Below, piece by piece: positions 22,177 through 32,530 of a stretch of DNA of 64,000 bases (positions are counted from its first letter, which is position 1; every line of letters begins with the position of its first letter). Location of the stretch: the NCBI GenBank assembly GCA_042408215.1, contig JAYFMW010000026.1:162020-226019 (forward strand), read 5' to 3'. The DNA comes from Microcoleus sp. GTDB taxonomy: Bacteria; Cyanobacteriota; Cyanobacteriia; Cyanobacteriales; Microcoleaceae. The notes beneath the pieces are model-generated. The model had not been told where the DNA came from and did not search any database. It saw nothing but the letters and a program-made list of their open reading frames with translations. The position numbers were made by a program, and so were the translations under genes.

Positions 22177-22623
22177 ATGAGATTGCAAGACGCCCGCCCA
22201 AAAGCGGGCTCCACAAAACGCCCCCGCCGCTTGGGCAGAGGTATTGCGGCCGGTCAAGGCGCGAGCTCTGGTAAAGGGATGCGCGGTCAAAAATCTAGAG
22301 CCGGTAGCGGCACTAGACCCGGTTTTGAAGGAGGTCAAAATCCTCTTTACCGCCGCCTCCCCAAGCTGAAAAGCTTCCCTTTAGTCAACCGCAAAGAGTA
22401 CACTACGATTAATGTCAGTAAATTAGCATCGCTGCCAGCAAACACAGAAGTCACTCTCACCTCTTTGATTCAAGCAAAAATCGTCACTACTGACGACGGC
22501 CCGCTGAAAATCTTAGGAGATGGCGAACTAAATGTGCCTCTGCAAGTGCGCGCCTCGGCTTTTACCGCAGGTGCTCGCACCAAAATTGAAGCCGCTGGCG
22601 GAAGTTGCGAATTAGTTGCCTAA
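22177..22623 (+). CDS. rplO: 50S ribosomal protein L15
   Basis: GRGI.AG.G...[21 protein letters not shown]. Confidence 0.97.
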   Translation: MRLQDARPKAGSTKRPRRLGRGIAAGQGASSGKGMRGQKSRAGSGTRPGFEGGQNPLYRRLPKLKSFPLVNRKEYTTINVSKLASLPANTEVTLTSLIQAKIVTTDDGPLKILGDGELNVPLQVRASAFTAGARTKIEAAGGSCELVA

Positions 22624-22725
22624 AGATTTGAGGTTTGAGAATCAGTCCAAATCTCAAATCCTCAAGCTTGCTATCAAAAAATGATTTAGTCCAAAAACAA
22701 AAATCTAAAATCCCAAATCGTAACT

Positions 22726-24030
22726 ATGGACGTTAGTAGAGAAAAAGCGCCAACTGCACAAGAGACGTTCATGCAGATGGCTCAAGCTGCGGGTTTGCGG
22801 GGCCGCATCCTCGTTACCATCGGCTTATTGATTTTAGTGCGCTTGGGCGTCCACTTGCCAGTCCCCAGCATCGATCGCCTCGCCTTTTCCCAAAATGTTC
22901 AAAATAGCCCTTTAATTGGCTTTTTGGATCTATTTTCAGGCGGCGGGCTGTCAGCTTTGGGGATTTTTGCTCTGGGGATTTTGCCCTACATTAATGCTTC
23001 AATTATCGTGCAGCTTCTGACTGCCGCTCTCCCCAGTTTAGAAGACTTGCAGAAAAATGAAGGGGAAGCAGGGCGACGGAAAATTTCTCAGATTACTCGC
23101 TACGTTTCTTTGGGCTGGGCAATTCTGCAAAGCGTGGGTATTGCGATTTGGGTCAGCCCTTTTGCTCAAATTCCAGGGCCTTTATTTATAGCACAGACTG
23201 CTTTGGCTCTGACGGCCGGGTCAATGTTTGTGATGTGGATATCGGAAGTCGTGACGGAGCGAGGTATCGGTAATGGAGCTTCGCTGCTGATCTTCATCAA
23301 CATTGTGTCGGTTTTGCCACGTTCTTTGGGACAAACTTTTGAATTGGCACAAAGTGGAGACACGCAGGTTGTAGGGCGCGTAGTGGTGCTGCTGCTGGTC
23401 TTTTTGGTGACGATCGTTGGGATTGTTTTTGTTCAGGAAGGTACTCGCCGGATTCCGATTATTTCGGCCCGCCGCCAAGTCGGCCGCAAAGTTTATCGGG
23501 AGAGTCGCAGCTACCTACCGCTGCGGTTGAATCAAGGCGGGGTGATGCCGATTATTTTTGCATCTTCGGTGCTGATAGTACCCTCTTTCCTCGCTCAATC
23601 TCTCAATAACCCGTTTTTGGTTCAAGTGGCTAATGTTTTGAGTCCGAACGGGCCGGCACCTTGGGCTTACGCTCTATTTTATCTGACTTTGATTCTGTTC
23701 TTTAGCTATTTCTACGCTTCGTTGATTGTCAACCCCGTAGATATGTCTCAAAACTTGAAGAAAATGGGTGCCAGTATTCCTGGGATTCGTCCTGGTCAGA
23801 AAACGAGCGATTATGTGGAGAAGGTTTTGAACCGTTTGACTTTCTTGGGAGCGGTATTTCTCGGTCTGGTGGCGATTGTGCCAACGGCTGTGGAAAGTGC
23901 GATCGGAGTGCAAACTTTTAGAGGCTTTGGTGCAACTTCCCTACTGATTCTAGTAGGTGTGGCGATCGAAACTGCTAAGCAAATTCAAACTTACGTCATC
24001 TCCCAACGATATGAAGGAATGGTGAAGTAA
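22726..24030 (+). CDS. secY: Preprotein translocase subunit SecY
   Basis: FALGI.PYINASII.QLL, GIGNG.SL.IF, IPGIRPG. Confidence 0.98.
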   Translation: MDVSREKAPTAQETFMQMAQAAGLRGRILVTIGLLILVRLGVHLPVPSIDRLAFSQNVQNSPLIGFLDLFSGGGLSALGIFALGILPYINASIIVQLLTAALPSLEDLQKNEGEAGRRKISQITRYVSLGWAILQSVGIAIWVSPFAQIPGPLFIAQTALALTAGSMFVMWISEVVTERGIGNGASLLIFINIVSVLPRSLGQTFELAQSGDTQVVGRVVVLLLVFLVTIVGIVFVQEGTRRIPIISARRQVGRKVYRESRSYLPLRLNQGGVMPIIFASSVLIVPSFLAQSLNNPFLVQVANVLSPNGPAPWAYALFYLTLILFFSYFYASLIVNPVDMSQNLKKMGASIPGIRPGQKTSDYVEKVLNRLTFLGAVFLGLVAIVPTAVESAIGVQTFRGFGATSLLILVGVAIETAKQIQTYVISQRYEGMVK

Positions 24031-24035
24031 TCGCA

Positions 24036-24626
24036 ATGCAATTGATTTTTATGGGGCCTCCAGGGGCGGGAAAGGGAACTCAGGCTCAGCTATTAGCCTC
24101 TCTCTGGAACATACCCCACATTTCTACAGGCGACATCCTGCGCGCCTCCGTAGTTGCCAAAACTGCCTTGGGCCAAAAGGCACAATCTTACATGGATGCT
24201 GGTGATTTGGTTCCTGACCAGTTATTGATGGATCTCGTACAAGAACGCATGAATCAACCAGATGCTAGTGCTGGCTGGATTCTCGACGGCTTTCCCCGCA
24301 CAGTCCCACAGGCAGCTTTTTTTGACAAACTGCTCTGCGATGTTGCTGGTGCGGGCCCAAAGTCTGGGAAGGACTGTGCTCTCAGGGCTGTCAATTTGGA
24401 TGTCCCTGACAATGTTTTGGTGACTCGCCTGTTGTCGCGGGGCCGCCAAGATGACAATGAGCAGACGATTCGCCACCGCTTGCAAGTTTATCGCGAGCAA
24501 ACTTCACCTTTGATTGAGTTTTACAAAGACCGCCAACAGTTAGTTGCGGTTGATGGCGATCGATCGATGGCAGAAGTTACGGCAGAACTTCAACAGGCTC
24601 TTTCGGGAGACCAGATCTGCCACTGA
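24036..24626 (+). CDS. adk: Adenylate kinase (short LID)
   Basis: GPPGAGKGTQ, HISTGD, LDGFPR. Confidence 0.97.
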   Translation: MQLIFMGPPGAGKGTQAQLLASLWNIPHISTGDILRASVVAKTALGQKAQSYMDAGDLVPDQLLMDLVQERMNQPDASAGWILDGFPRTVPQAAFFDKLLCDVAGAGPKSGKDCALRAVNLDVPDNVLVTRLLSRGRQDDNEQTIRHRLQVYREQTSPLIEFYKDRQQLVAVDGDRSMAEVTAELQQALSGDQICH

Positions 24627-25034
24627 GTCTCAGACAATAGGACTGTCTCGCTGGTGGTATGTCAATAGACCGCGATTTAAACGCCAGTATTAATATTTTA
24701 AACTGGGAACCCTTGGCGATCGGGGGATAGCCTACTGATCTTGGGATAGCCGACTACCCAACAGCGTTGTCAGTAAACACTAATTATCTCAAGATCACTT
24801 TGGATAAGTTTAGATAGGTTTTATAAAGCAGACTCTTGAACCTTCTCAATCGATCCTGTTACCCCCCAACAACTTTTGCTAAGATGTGTTAACTAGGAGC
24901 TTTTTGTGCTAAAGGGTTGTCTGAGGGTTAATCTACAGTGAGATTTTTGACTCGTCCGTTTTGCAGCTTTGGGTTCGACAAGGCAGCCCGGACACTCCTA
25001 GTTAATCAAATGTAGAGTTGAGGTAAATACCAAA

Positions 25035-25259
25035 TTGTCTAAGCAAGATTTAATTGAAATGGAAGGGACAGTGACGGAATCCCTGCCCAATGCGATGTTT
25101 CGCGTTGACCTAGATAATGGGTTTAACGTGCTAGCTCACATTTCCGGCAAGATTCGTCGCAACTACATCAAAATTCTGCCTGGCGATCGCGTCAAAGTCG
25201 AATTAACCCCCTACGACTTGACCAAGGGCAGGATCACTTATCGCCTTCGTAAAAAATAG
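25035..25259 (+). CDS. infA: Translation initiation factor IF-1
   Basis: [26 protein letters not shown]. Confidence 0.98.
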
Positions 25260-25310
25260 GCTTAGATAAAACTTTCTCAAAACTAATTATAAGTTTAATT
25301 AGAGAGAATT

Positions 25311-25340
25311 TTGTAAAATCCGTCAAATTTATGCTATAAT
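25311..25340 (+). promoter_or_regulatory. Putative internal promoter upstream of rpmJ-rpsM
   Basis: TTGTAA-N18-TATAAT with extended -10 TGn. Confidence 0.55.
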
Positions 25341-25628
25341 GCTGGGTTTGTAGCGTTGCCGAGAAGGGCGTCAACAACCCACCGGTGTACAGGGTTAAGT
25401 CATTGCTACGCCGTGAAAGTATCGATCGCTAACACTGTGAAAGCAAGCGAACTTTACTCCAGTAATGGGAGTGGGAGCAAGCGGGTTCCTTCATGAAATA
25501 ACCCGCACTTTATACAATTTAATCGAGGAGAGGCCTACACCTTGCCCAGCCTCTCCTCCCACCGCTGTACGGGCAGCGCCGGCTTGCCTGCTCTCCGGTA
25601 TAGCGGGGTTCTCCAGGCAGGAAGAAAG

Positions 25629-25742
25629 ATGAAAGTTCGAGCATCTGTCAAAAAAATTTGCGAGAAATGTCGCGTCATCCGCCGTCGTGGCAGAGTGATG
25701 GTGATATGCACTAACCCGAAACACAAACAGCGCCAGGGTTAG
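25629..25742 (+). CDS. rpmJ: 50S ribosomal protein L36
   Basis: [14 protein letters not shown]...NPKHKQRQG. Confidence 0.98.
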   Translation: MKVRASVKKICEKCRVIRRRGRVMVICTNPKHKQRQG

Positions 25743-25825
25743 GAAACCGGAAAATTGGGCACTGCAAATAGTTGCCGCCTAATTGAACATTGTAGCCAAA
25801 CAGGAAAACTAGGGAGACAAAAAGT

Positions 25826-26209
25826 GTGGCACGGATTGCCGGGGTAGACCTTCCACGCGACAAGCGCGTCGAAATAGGTCTGACATACATTTACGGAATA
25901 GGGCTCTCACGCGCCCAAGCAATTATCGCTGCAACAGGCGTAAATCCTGACATTCGTGTCAAGGATTTAACAGAGGAAGACGTGACCGCCCTGCGGGCTC
26001 ATGTAGAAACCAACTACCAGATCGAAGGAGACCTCCGGCGCTGGGAGTCAATGAACATCAAGCGCCTGATGGATATCGGGACTTACCGCGGTCGGCGTCA
26101 CCGTTTGGGTTTGCCGGTACGGGGCCAGAGAACCCGCACCAATGCCAGAACCCGCCGGGGTGTCCGCCGAACTGTTGCGGGCAAGAAAAAAGCACCTTCC
26201 AAGAAGTAA
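25826..26209 (+). CDS. rpsM: 30S ribosomal protein S13
   Basis: [23 protein letters not shown]. Confidence 0.98.
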   Translation: MARIAGVDLPRDKRVEIGLTYIYGIGLSRAQAIIAATGVNPDIRVKDLTEEDVTALRAHVETNYQIEGDLRRWESMNIKRLMDIGTYRGRRHRLGLPVRGQRTRTNARTRRGVRRTVAGKKKAPSKK

Positions 26210-26293
26210 TATCTTTTTGGGAAAATTACGCTGGGGGCTGCTGGCTCCTAGCGCTTCGGGAAATTAGTTGAGAGAAAAGTTAAAGAGACTCCT

Positions 26294-26692
26294 ATGGCGC
26301 GACCACAAACAGGCAAGAAATCTGGTGCAAAAAAGCAGAAACGGAATGTACCGAATGGGGTAGGCTACATCCAGTCTACCTTTAACAACACGATCGTGAC
26401 TATTACTGACCTCAATGGCGAAGTCATATCCTGGGCATCAGCAGGTTCGAGCGGTTTTAAAGGAGCTAAAAAGGGAACCCCCTTCGCAGCTCAAACAGCA
26501 GCAGAAAGTGCCGCCCGCCGAGCCAACGACCAGGGAATGCGCCAAATAGAAGTAATGGTCAGCGGACCAGGAGCAGGTCGAGAAACTGCTATTCGGGCGC
26601 TGCAAGGGGCAGGACTGGAAATTACTCTAATTCGAGATGTCACTCCAATTCCTCACAACGGCTGTCGCCCTCCCAAGCGGCGTAGAGTCTAA
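26294..26692 (+). CDS. rpsK: 30S ribosomal protein S11
   Basis: [21 protein letters not shown]. Confidence 0.98.
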   Translation: MARPQTGKKSGAKKQKRNVPNGVGYIQSTFNNTIVTITDLNGEVISWASAGSSGFKGAKKGTPFAAQTAAESAARRANDQGMRQIEVMVSGPGAGRETAIRALQGAGLEITLIRDVTPIPHNGCRPPKRRRV

Positions 26693-26866
26693 AACGATTT
26701 GAGATTTTAGATTTTAGATTTTGGATAATGGCTAATTGCTGAAAGCCAAAAACTAATGCTTTCAACTGTTGCCCCGTCCATCCAAAATCCGAAATCCGTT
26801 CAGGGGTATGCTCTGCAATCTAAAATCCTCAATCAAAAATCCAAAGTGGAAAAGGGAGGTCACTCC

Positions 26867-27811
26867 GTGGCGCAGTTTCAAATTGAATGCATAGAGTCTA
26901 ACACTGACAAAGACCGGAGTCAGTACGGAAAATTCGTCCTCGAACCGCTCGATCGCGGTCAGGGAACAACTGTTGGGAATGCGCTGAGGCGAGTTATGCT
27001 GTCCAACTTGGAAGGGACCGCAGTAACTTCTGTCCGCATCGCCGGTGTCAATCACGAGTTTGCGACGATCGAAGGAGTACGGGAGGACGTTCTCGAAATC
27101 CTGCTGAACATGAAAGAGGTCGTCCTCAAAAGCCATTCTCAGCAGCCGCAAATAGGTAGGTTGCGGATCGAAGGGCCAGTCACAGTTACTGCCGATCGAT
27201 TCGATTTGCCTTCTGAGGTCGAAATAGTCGATCGCTCTCAGTACATTGCCACTCTCTCGCCCGGCTCAATTCTGGAGATGGAATTCAGAATTGAAAAAGG
27301 GGTCGGATACCGAGCTGTAGACCGCAGTCGCGATGATGGAGCGGCTTTGGATTTTCTCTCGATAGACGCCATTTTTATGCCGATTCGTAGGGTTAACTAC
27401 AGCGTTGAAGACGCTCGGGTAGGCGGCACGGTCGAGAAAGACCGACTGATTATGGAAATCTGGACTGATGGTAGCGTGGCTCCTCAAGAAGCTCTGAGCC
27501 AAGCTGCCCACATCCTGGTAGACCTATTTGCACCTCTCAAAGACATCACCCAAGATTTGCTCAAACCCGAGTATCCAGGTGAAGCCGATCCTACCAGCCA
27601 GATTCCGATCGAAGAATTGCAGTTGTCAGTGCGGGCTTACAACTGTCTCAAACGAGCTCAGATCAACTCCGTGGCAGACTTATTGGATTATACCCAAGAA
27701 GACTTGCTCGAGATCAAGAACTTCGGGCAGAAATCCGCTGAAGAAGTGATTGAAGCTTTGCAAAAGCGCTTGGGCATTACCTTGCCGCAAGAAAAGTCAG
27801 CGAAAAGTTAA
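26867..27811 (+). CDS. rpoA: RNA polymerase alpha subunit
   Basis: EPL.RGQG.T.GNALRR, LSVRAYNCLKR; GTG start after GGAGGT. Confidence 0.97.
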   Translation: MAQFQIECIESNTDKDRSQYGKFVLEPLDRGQGTTVGNALRRVMLSNLEGTAVTSVRIAGVNHEFATIEGVREDVLEILLNMKEVVLKSHSQQPQIGRLRIEGPVTVTADRFDLPSEVEIVDRSQYIATLSPGSILEMEFRIEKGVGYRAVDRSRDDGAALDFLSIDAIFMPIRRVNYSVEDARVGGTVEKDRLIMEIWTDGSVAPQEALSQAAHILVDLFAPLKDITQDLLKPEYPGEADPTSQIPIEELQLSVRAYNCLKRAQINSVADLLDYTQEDLLEIKNFGQKSAEEVIEALQKRLGITLPQEKSAKS

Positions 27812-27941
27812 TCACAGGGTAATGGGTCAAACAAAGTTTTGAATTTTAAGTTTTGAGTTTTCAGTAAAAAATTCAAAACTCAAAACTTAAAACTATCCGT
27901 AGACCAAATTACTAATTACCAATTACCAATTACCAACTGCT

Positions 27942-28292
27942 ATGCGTCACCGCTGTCGCGTTCCCCAACTCAGCAAACCGGCTGACCAGCGCCGCGCCCT
28001 ACTGCGCTCGCTGACCACCGAATTAATCCGCCACGGTAAAATCACTACCACTCTCGCCCGCGCCAAAGCGCTGCGTTCAGAGGCGGACAGGATGATTACC
28101 CTGGCCAAAGATGGCTCCTTGGCCGCTCGTCGGCAAGCTATGGGCTATATCTACGACAAACAGTTAGTACACGCACTGTTTGAAGCAGCAAAAGAACGGT
28201 ACGGCTCGCGAAACGGGGGCTACACTCGCGTGGTGCGAACAGTCCCCCGTCAGGGAGATCATTCCGAAATGGCGATCGTTGAATTGGTTTAA
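27942..28292 (+). CDS. rplQ: 50S ribosomal protein L17
   Basis: MRHR, I.TT..RAK, R.GGYTR. Confidence 0.98.
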   Translation: MRHRCRVPQLSKPADQRRALLRSLTTELIRHGKITTTLARAKALRSEADRMITLAKDGSLAARRQAMGYIYDKQLVHALFEAAKERYGSRNGGYTRVVRTVPRQGDHSEMAIVELV

Positions 28293-28382
28293 TGTAATCA
28301 GTCATTAGTCATCAGTTATCAGTCATTAGTCAGTGAATTGGGAAAACTAACAAATCACAAGTAATAACTAAAAAAATAACTA

Positions 28383-29216
28383 ATGACTGTTGACAAAGGA
28401 CTAATAACTAATCACAAACAGCGCGTTGCTCTTGTGATTCAATATCTCGGCACAGACTTTCACGGTTGGCAGCGACAGCCGAATCAGCGTACAGTACAAG
28501 AAGAGATTGAAACAGCAATCTCGAATGTTCTAGAGCGTCCGGTAACGCTGCACGCGGCAGGGAGAACTGATGCGGGAGTTCACGCCGCTGCTCAAGTAGC
28601 CCATTTTGATGCCCAGGGCCCAATTCCGGCTCACCGCTGGGCAAGCGTTCTCAACTCTCGACTGGCAAAAGATATTTTAATTCGAGCTTCGGCAAAGGTG
28701 GAACCTACCTGGCACGCTCGGTTCTCAGCCAGTTGGCGGCGCTATCGCTACACCCTTTATACAGACCCGATTCCTAATTTGTTTGTCCGTCCTTTTGCTT
28801 GGCATTATTATCACGCCCCTGTGGATGAATCTTTGATTCAGGCAGCAATGGCACCCCTAATCGGGCGGCACCATCTAGCTGCTTTCCACCGCGCGGGGTC
28901 TGCCCGGCCCCATTCTTGGGTGGACGTGCAAGCGGCAGAGTGTCAGCGTTCTGGGCCTCTGATCTATATCGAGGTTCAGGCGAGCGGGTTTCTGTACGGG
29001 ATGATGCGGCTGCTGGTGGGGTTGCTGGTGCAGGTGGGTCGCGGGGAAAGGGCGATCGACAATTTCACAGATATCTGGGTCAACGAACGCCGAGAAATGG
29101 TAAAATATGCCGCCCCTGCTCAAGGTTTGTGCCTGCTGCGGGTTGGCTATCAAGACTTTCCCTTTCCCCCAGAAGTCTGGTACGACACTCAGCCAAAATT
29201 AGTCATTAGTCAGTAG
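28383..29216 (+). CDS. truA: tRNA pseudouridine(38-40) synthase
   Basis: F.GWQRQ, AGRTDAGVHA, FLYGM.R. Confidence 0.96.
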   Translation: MTVDKGLITNHKQRVALVIQYLGTDFHGWQRQPNQRTVQEEIETAISNVLERPVTLHAAGRTDAGVHAAAQVAHFDAQGPIPAHRWASVLNSRLAKDILIRASAKVEPTWHARFSASWRRYRYTLYTDPIPNLFVRPFAWHYYHAPVDESLIQAAMAPLIGRHHLAAFHRAGSARPHSWVDVQAAECQRSGPLIYIEVQASGFLYGMMRLLVGLLVQVGRGERAIDNFTDIWVNERREMVKYAAPAQGLCLLRVGYQDFPFPPEVWYDTQPKLVISQ

Positions 29217-29515
29217 TCATTAGTCAGTAGTCATTAGTCAGTAGTCAGTAGTCAGTAGTCATTAGTCATTAGACATCTCCCAAAAAGCCTGTCAAGAACA
29301 GGCAGGATGCCTGTTCCACAAGAATTATGGGAGATGTCTATTAGGTAACTACTAATATAAACTAAGGACAACTGACAACTAACAATTAAAAGCTGAAAAC
29401 TAACAACTGACAACTGACAATTAAAAACTGACAACTAACAATTAAGAACTGACAACTGACAACAGTTAACAGTTAACAGTTAACAGTTAACAGTTAACAG
29501 ACAACTCACAACAAA
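29199..29515. repeat. Heptamer arrays (TAGTCAK)n, (ACAACTG)n, (TTAACAG)n surrounding a small inverted element
   Basis: truA-rplM spacer; GACATCTCCCA...TGGGAGATGTC inverted repeat inside. Confidence 0.8.
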
Positions 29516-29517
29516 CA

Positions 29518-29955
29518 ATGAACAAAACTTACGTCCCTACTCAAGACTCCCTAGAGCACAAGTGGTACGTGGTCGATGCCGCCGACCAACGGCTCGGCCG
29601 TCTGGCCACTGAAGTTGCCACGTACCTTCGCGGTAAACACAAACCGACTTACACTCCTTCTATGGATACTGGCGATTTCATAATTGTCATCAATGCCGAA
29701 AAGATTGCTGTTACTGGCAAAAAACGCACCCAAAAAATCTATCGTCGCCACTCTGGAAGACCGGGTGGGATGAAAACAGAAACTTTTGCCAAATTGCAAG
29801 CACGTTTGCCTGAAAGAATTGTCGAAGAAGCGATTCGGGGAATGCTGCCTCACACTTCTCTGGGCAGGCAACTGTTTACTAAGCTGAAGGTGTACGCTGG
29901 GCCTGAGCATCCGCACGCAGCTCAAAAACCAGAAGAGTTAGTCCTTCAAAAATAG
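29518..29955 (+). CDS. rplM: 50S ribosomal protein L13, C-terminus replaced by an insertion (145 aa)
   Basis: W.VVDA, LGRLA, YTP..DTGD, KLKVYAG..HPH.AQ. Confidence 0.96.
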   Translation: MNKTYVPTQDSLEHKWYVVDAADQRLGRLATEVATYLRGKHKPTYTPSMDTGDFIIVINAEKIAVTGKKRTQKIYRRHSGRPGGMKTETFAKLQARLPERIVEEAIRGMLPHTSLGRQLFTKLKVYAGPEHPHAAQKPEELVLQK

Positions 29956-30197
29956 GAAATCTCAGAAAAAATACTCTCGTTCAAATCACTACTTACTTAT
30001 GCAAAAACCACGCAACAATAGTAGTAGAAGATTTAAATATTTCTGGGATGTTGAAAAACCACAAACAGAGATTTGAATGCAGCGATTAATTTGTCACGTT
30101 TGGCTAAAGCGTGAAAGCTTACTGAGGGATAACCGCTCCCATGCTCCCGATGAAGTAAGAAGCAAATGTCTAGGCTTGTCTGGTATTTGTATAGCAG
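29938..30197 (+). mobile_element. Internally deleted TnpB-bearing IS remnant (IS607-like) with right end
   Basis: Translates [39 protein letters not shown], then RDLNAAINLSRLAKA* in a shifted frame (TnpB RuvC II/III motifs); hairpin-rich tail ending TATAGCAG. Confidence 0.85.
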
Positions 30198-30233
30198 TTA
30201 ATTGTTCACACGATTCCGGGAGGAAATGAGTAA
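30198..30233 (+). other. Stranded native 3' end of rplM ([11 protein letters not shown])
   Basis: In frame with rplM codon 140 if 29938-30197 is removed; its TAA overlaps the rpsI ATG. Confidence 0.85.
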
Positions 30234-30643
30234 TGCAAGCAACAGATACCGGCCGCGCTGTGTACTGGGGTACCGGCCGCCGCAAGTGTTCGGTAGCACG
30301 GGTACGTTTGGTTCCCGGCACTGGCATACTGACAGTCAATGGTAAAGAGGGGGATTTGTACCTGCAATTCAACCCAACTTATTTAGCACTCGCTAAGGCC
30401 CCTTTGGAAACTTTGGGTCTGGAAAATGAGTACGACATTTTGGTGAAAGTTGAAGGCGGCGGGTTGACAGGCCAAGCTGATTCGATTCGCTTGGGTGTGG
30501 CTAGAGCTCTGTGCCAATTAGACCCGGACAACCGCAAACCTCTCAAGATTGAGGGGTATTTGACTCGTGACCCACGGGCTAAAGAGCGGAAAAAGTACGG
30601 TTTGCGGAAGGCTCGCAAGGCTCCTCAATACTCGAAGCGGTAA
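30233..30643 (+). CDS. rpsI: 30S ribosomal protein S9
   Basis: [32 protein letters not shown]. Confidence 0.98.
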   Translation: MQATDTGRAVYWGTGRRKCSVARVRLVPGTGILTVNGKEGDLYLQFNPTYLALAKAPLETLGLENEYDILVKVEGGGLTGQADSIRLGVARALCQLDPDNRKPLKIEGYLTRDPRAKERKKYGLRKARKAPQYSKR

Positions 30644-30888
30644 GAGAAGTTCGGCAGCGGATTGTGTAACGGATGTAACGGATCGAACGGATCGAACGAA
30701 GAAGGAATAGGGAATAGGGAAGAAGGAAAAATTTTCCTGATTCCATCCTTCTTTTTTCAAGGTCTATTTCTGATTCCCGATTCGCGCTTTCACAGCCGAC
30801 GATGGCGGAAAATCCCTGCTGTTTTTGCTACGCAAGTCCTAGGACAGCTAAAATGGTTATAAAGTCAAAAGTTAGAGAGTAAAAAACA

Positions 30889-31197
30889 ATGGCAAAAGAT
30901 GGCATTCACCCTCAGTGGTATCCCGAAGCTCAGGTTTATTGCAACGGGGAACACGTAATGACCGTTGGTTCGACTAGACCGAAACTTCAAGTTGATGTTT
31001 GGTCGGGGAATCATCCTTTTTATACTGGCACTCAGAAGATTATTGATACTGAAGGTCGTGTGGAACGCTTTATGCGGAAGTATGGCATGACCGATGTGGA
31101 AATGCCGAAGGCAGATGCTTCCTCTGGGCCGATCAAAATGGAAGCTCCTAAACCAGAGGCTTCTAAGGCTGCTGCTAAAGGCAAAAAGAAGAAGTAG
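30889..31197 (+). CDS. rpmE: 50S ribosomal protein L31 with C-terminal extension
   Basis: K.GIHP.WY, DVWSGNHPFYTG, GRVERF. Confidence 0.95.
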   Translation: MAKDGIHPQWYPEAQVYCNGEHVMTVGSTRPKLQVDVWSGNHPFYTGTQKIIDTEGRVERFMRKYGMTDVEMPKADASSGPIKMEAPKPEASKAAAKGKKKK

Positions 31198-31416
31198 CCG
31201 GATTGTCATTTGTCCGCAGTTTGTTGAGAGTAGTTTTTTCTACTGACAACTTACCGCCCTCGAATTTGAGATTTTAGATTGAAGAGTTTTGCTATACAGG
31301 CTGTTGAGTGCGATCGAGTAGAGTTCGATCGAGATTCGAGCCAGACTTCTCTTCAATTCTAAAATCTAAAATCTAAAATCTAAAATCTAAAATCGATTGA
31401 CGGAGGACATCTGACA

Positions 31417-32514
31417 ATGGCTGAATCTTATTTGCTGGATAAATTGAAGTCGGTTGAGCAAACTTTTCATGAGTTGACTCGCCGCATGGCTGACCCGGAT
31501 GTGGCTAGGGATAATTATGAGTTTCAGCGGGTAGCGAAAGCTCGATCGTCCTTGGAGGAAGTGGTCGATACTTTTGAGCTGTGGAAAATAACTCAGGACG
31601 ACTTGGTAGGTGCGCGGCAGGTTCTCAAGGAAGCAGCGAGCGATCGAGAAATGCAGCAAATGGCTGCGCTGGAAGTTGAGGAACTTGAGTCGAAATCGGA
31701 ACATTTCGAGAGTCGTTTGAAGGTTTTGTTACTGCCTCGCGACCCGAATGATGATAAGAATATTATGCTGGAAATTCGGGCGGGTACTGGTGGAGATGAG
31801 GCTAGTATTTGGGCGGGAGATTTGTTGCGGCTGTATTCGCGCTACGCTCAAACTCAAGGCTGGGTGGTGAAGTTGGTGAGTGAGTCCCTGGCGGATATGG
31901 GCGGGTTTAAGGAAGTAATTCTGGAAGTCACGGGCGATAGCGTTTATAGCAAGCTGAAGTTTGAGGCTGGGGTACACCGGGTGCAGCGGGTGCCGTTGAC
32001 TGAGGCTAGCGGCCGGGTGCATACTTCGACGGCGACGGTGGCTGTGATGCCGGAGGTTGATGAGGTGGAGATTCACATCGATCCGAAGGATATTGAGATG
32101 AGTACGGCTCGATCGGGCGGTGCTGGCGGTCAAAATGTGAACAAGGTGGAAACTGCTGCGGATTTGTTTCACAAGCCGACGGGGATTCGGATTTTCTGTA
32201 CTGAGGAGCGCAGTCAGTTGCAGAATAAGGAGCGGGCGATGCAGATTTTGCGGGCTAAGCTCTACGATCTGAAGTTGCGGGAGCAGCAGGATGAGGTGAA
32301 GTCGCGCCGTTTGGCTCAGGTTGGTACTGGTTCGCGATCGGAAAAAATTCGCACCTACAACTATAAGGATAATCGGGCTACCGACCACCGTTTAGGGGAA
32401 AATTTCTCGCTCAATACTGTTTTGGAAGGGGATATTGAGGGGATTATTCAGACTTGCATTTCTCAGGATCAGCAGGAACGTTTGGCCCAGTTGGCTGCTT
32501 CTACTTCTAATTGA
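31417..32514 (+). CDS. prfA: Peptide chain release factor 1
   Basis: [10 protein letters not shown], PxT motif (PLT), [19 protein letters not shown]. Confidence 0.98.
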   Translation: MAESYLLDKLKSVEQTFHELTRRMADPDVARDNYEFQRVAKARSSLEEVVDTFELWKITQDDLVGARQVLKEAASDREMQQMAALEVEELESKSEHFESRLKVLLLPRDPNDDKNIMLEIRAGTGGDEASIWAGDLLRLYSRYAQTQGWVVKLVSESLADMGGFKEVILEVTGDSVYSKLKFEAGVHRVQRVPLTEASGRVHTSTATVAVMPEVDEVEIHIDPKDIEMSTARSGGAGGQNVNKVETAADLFHKPTGIRIFCTEERSQLQNKERAMQILRAKLYDLKLREQQDEVKSRRLAQVGTGSRSEKIRTYNYKDNRATDHRLGENFSLNTVLEGDIEGIIQTCISQDQQERLAQLAASTSN

Positions 32515-32530
32515 TGGGTTGATGGGGAAC

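Noticed and set aside
12674..27811. Absence of rpsJ, rpsN, rpmD and rpsD from the cluster
   Set aside because: This is the normal cyanobacterial gene order.
29938..30197. Self-splicing IStron (group I intron) in rplM
   Set aside because: Nearly all 260 bp is explained by tnpB remnant and right end; no room for or sign of a group I core.
12674..32514. Many antisense and overlapping ORFs in the ribosomal cluster (e.g. 31729-32388)
   Set aside because: Shadows of conserved genes with no recognisable motifs.
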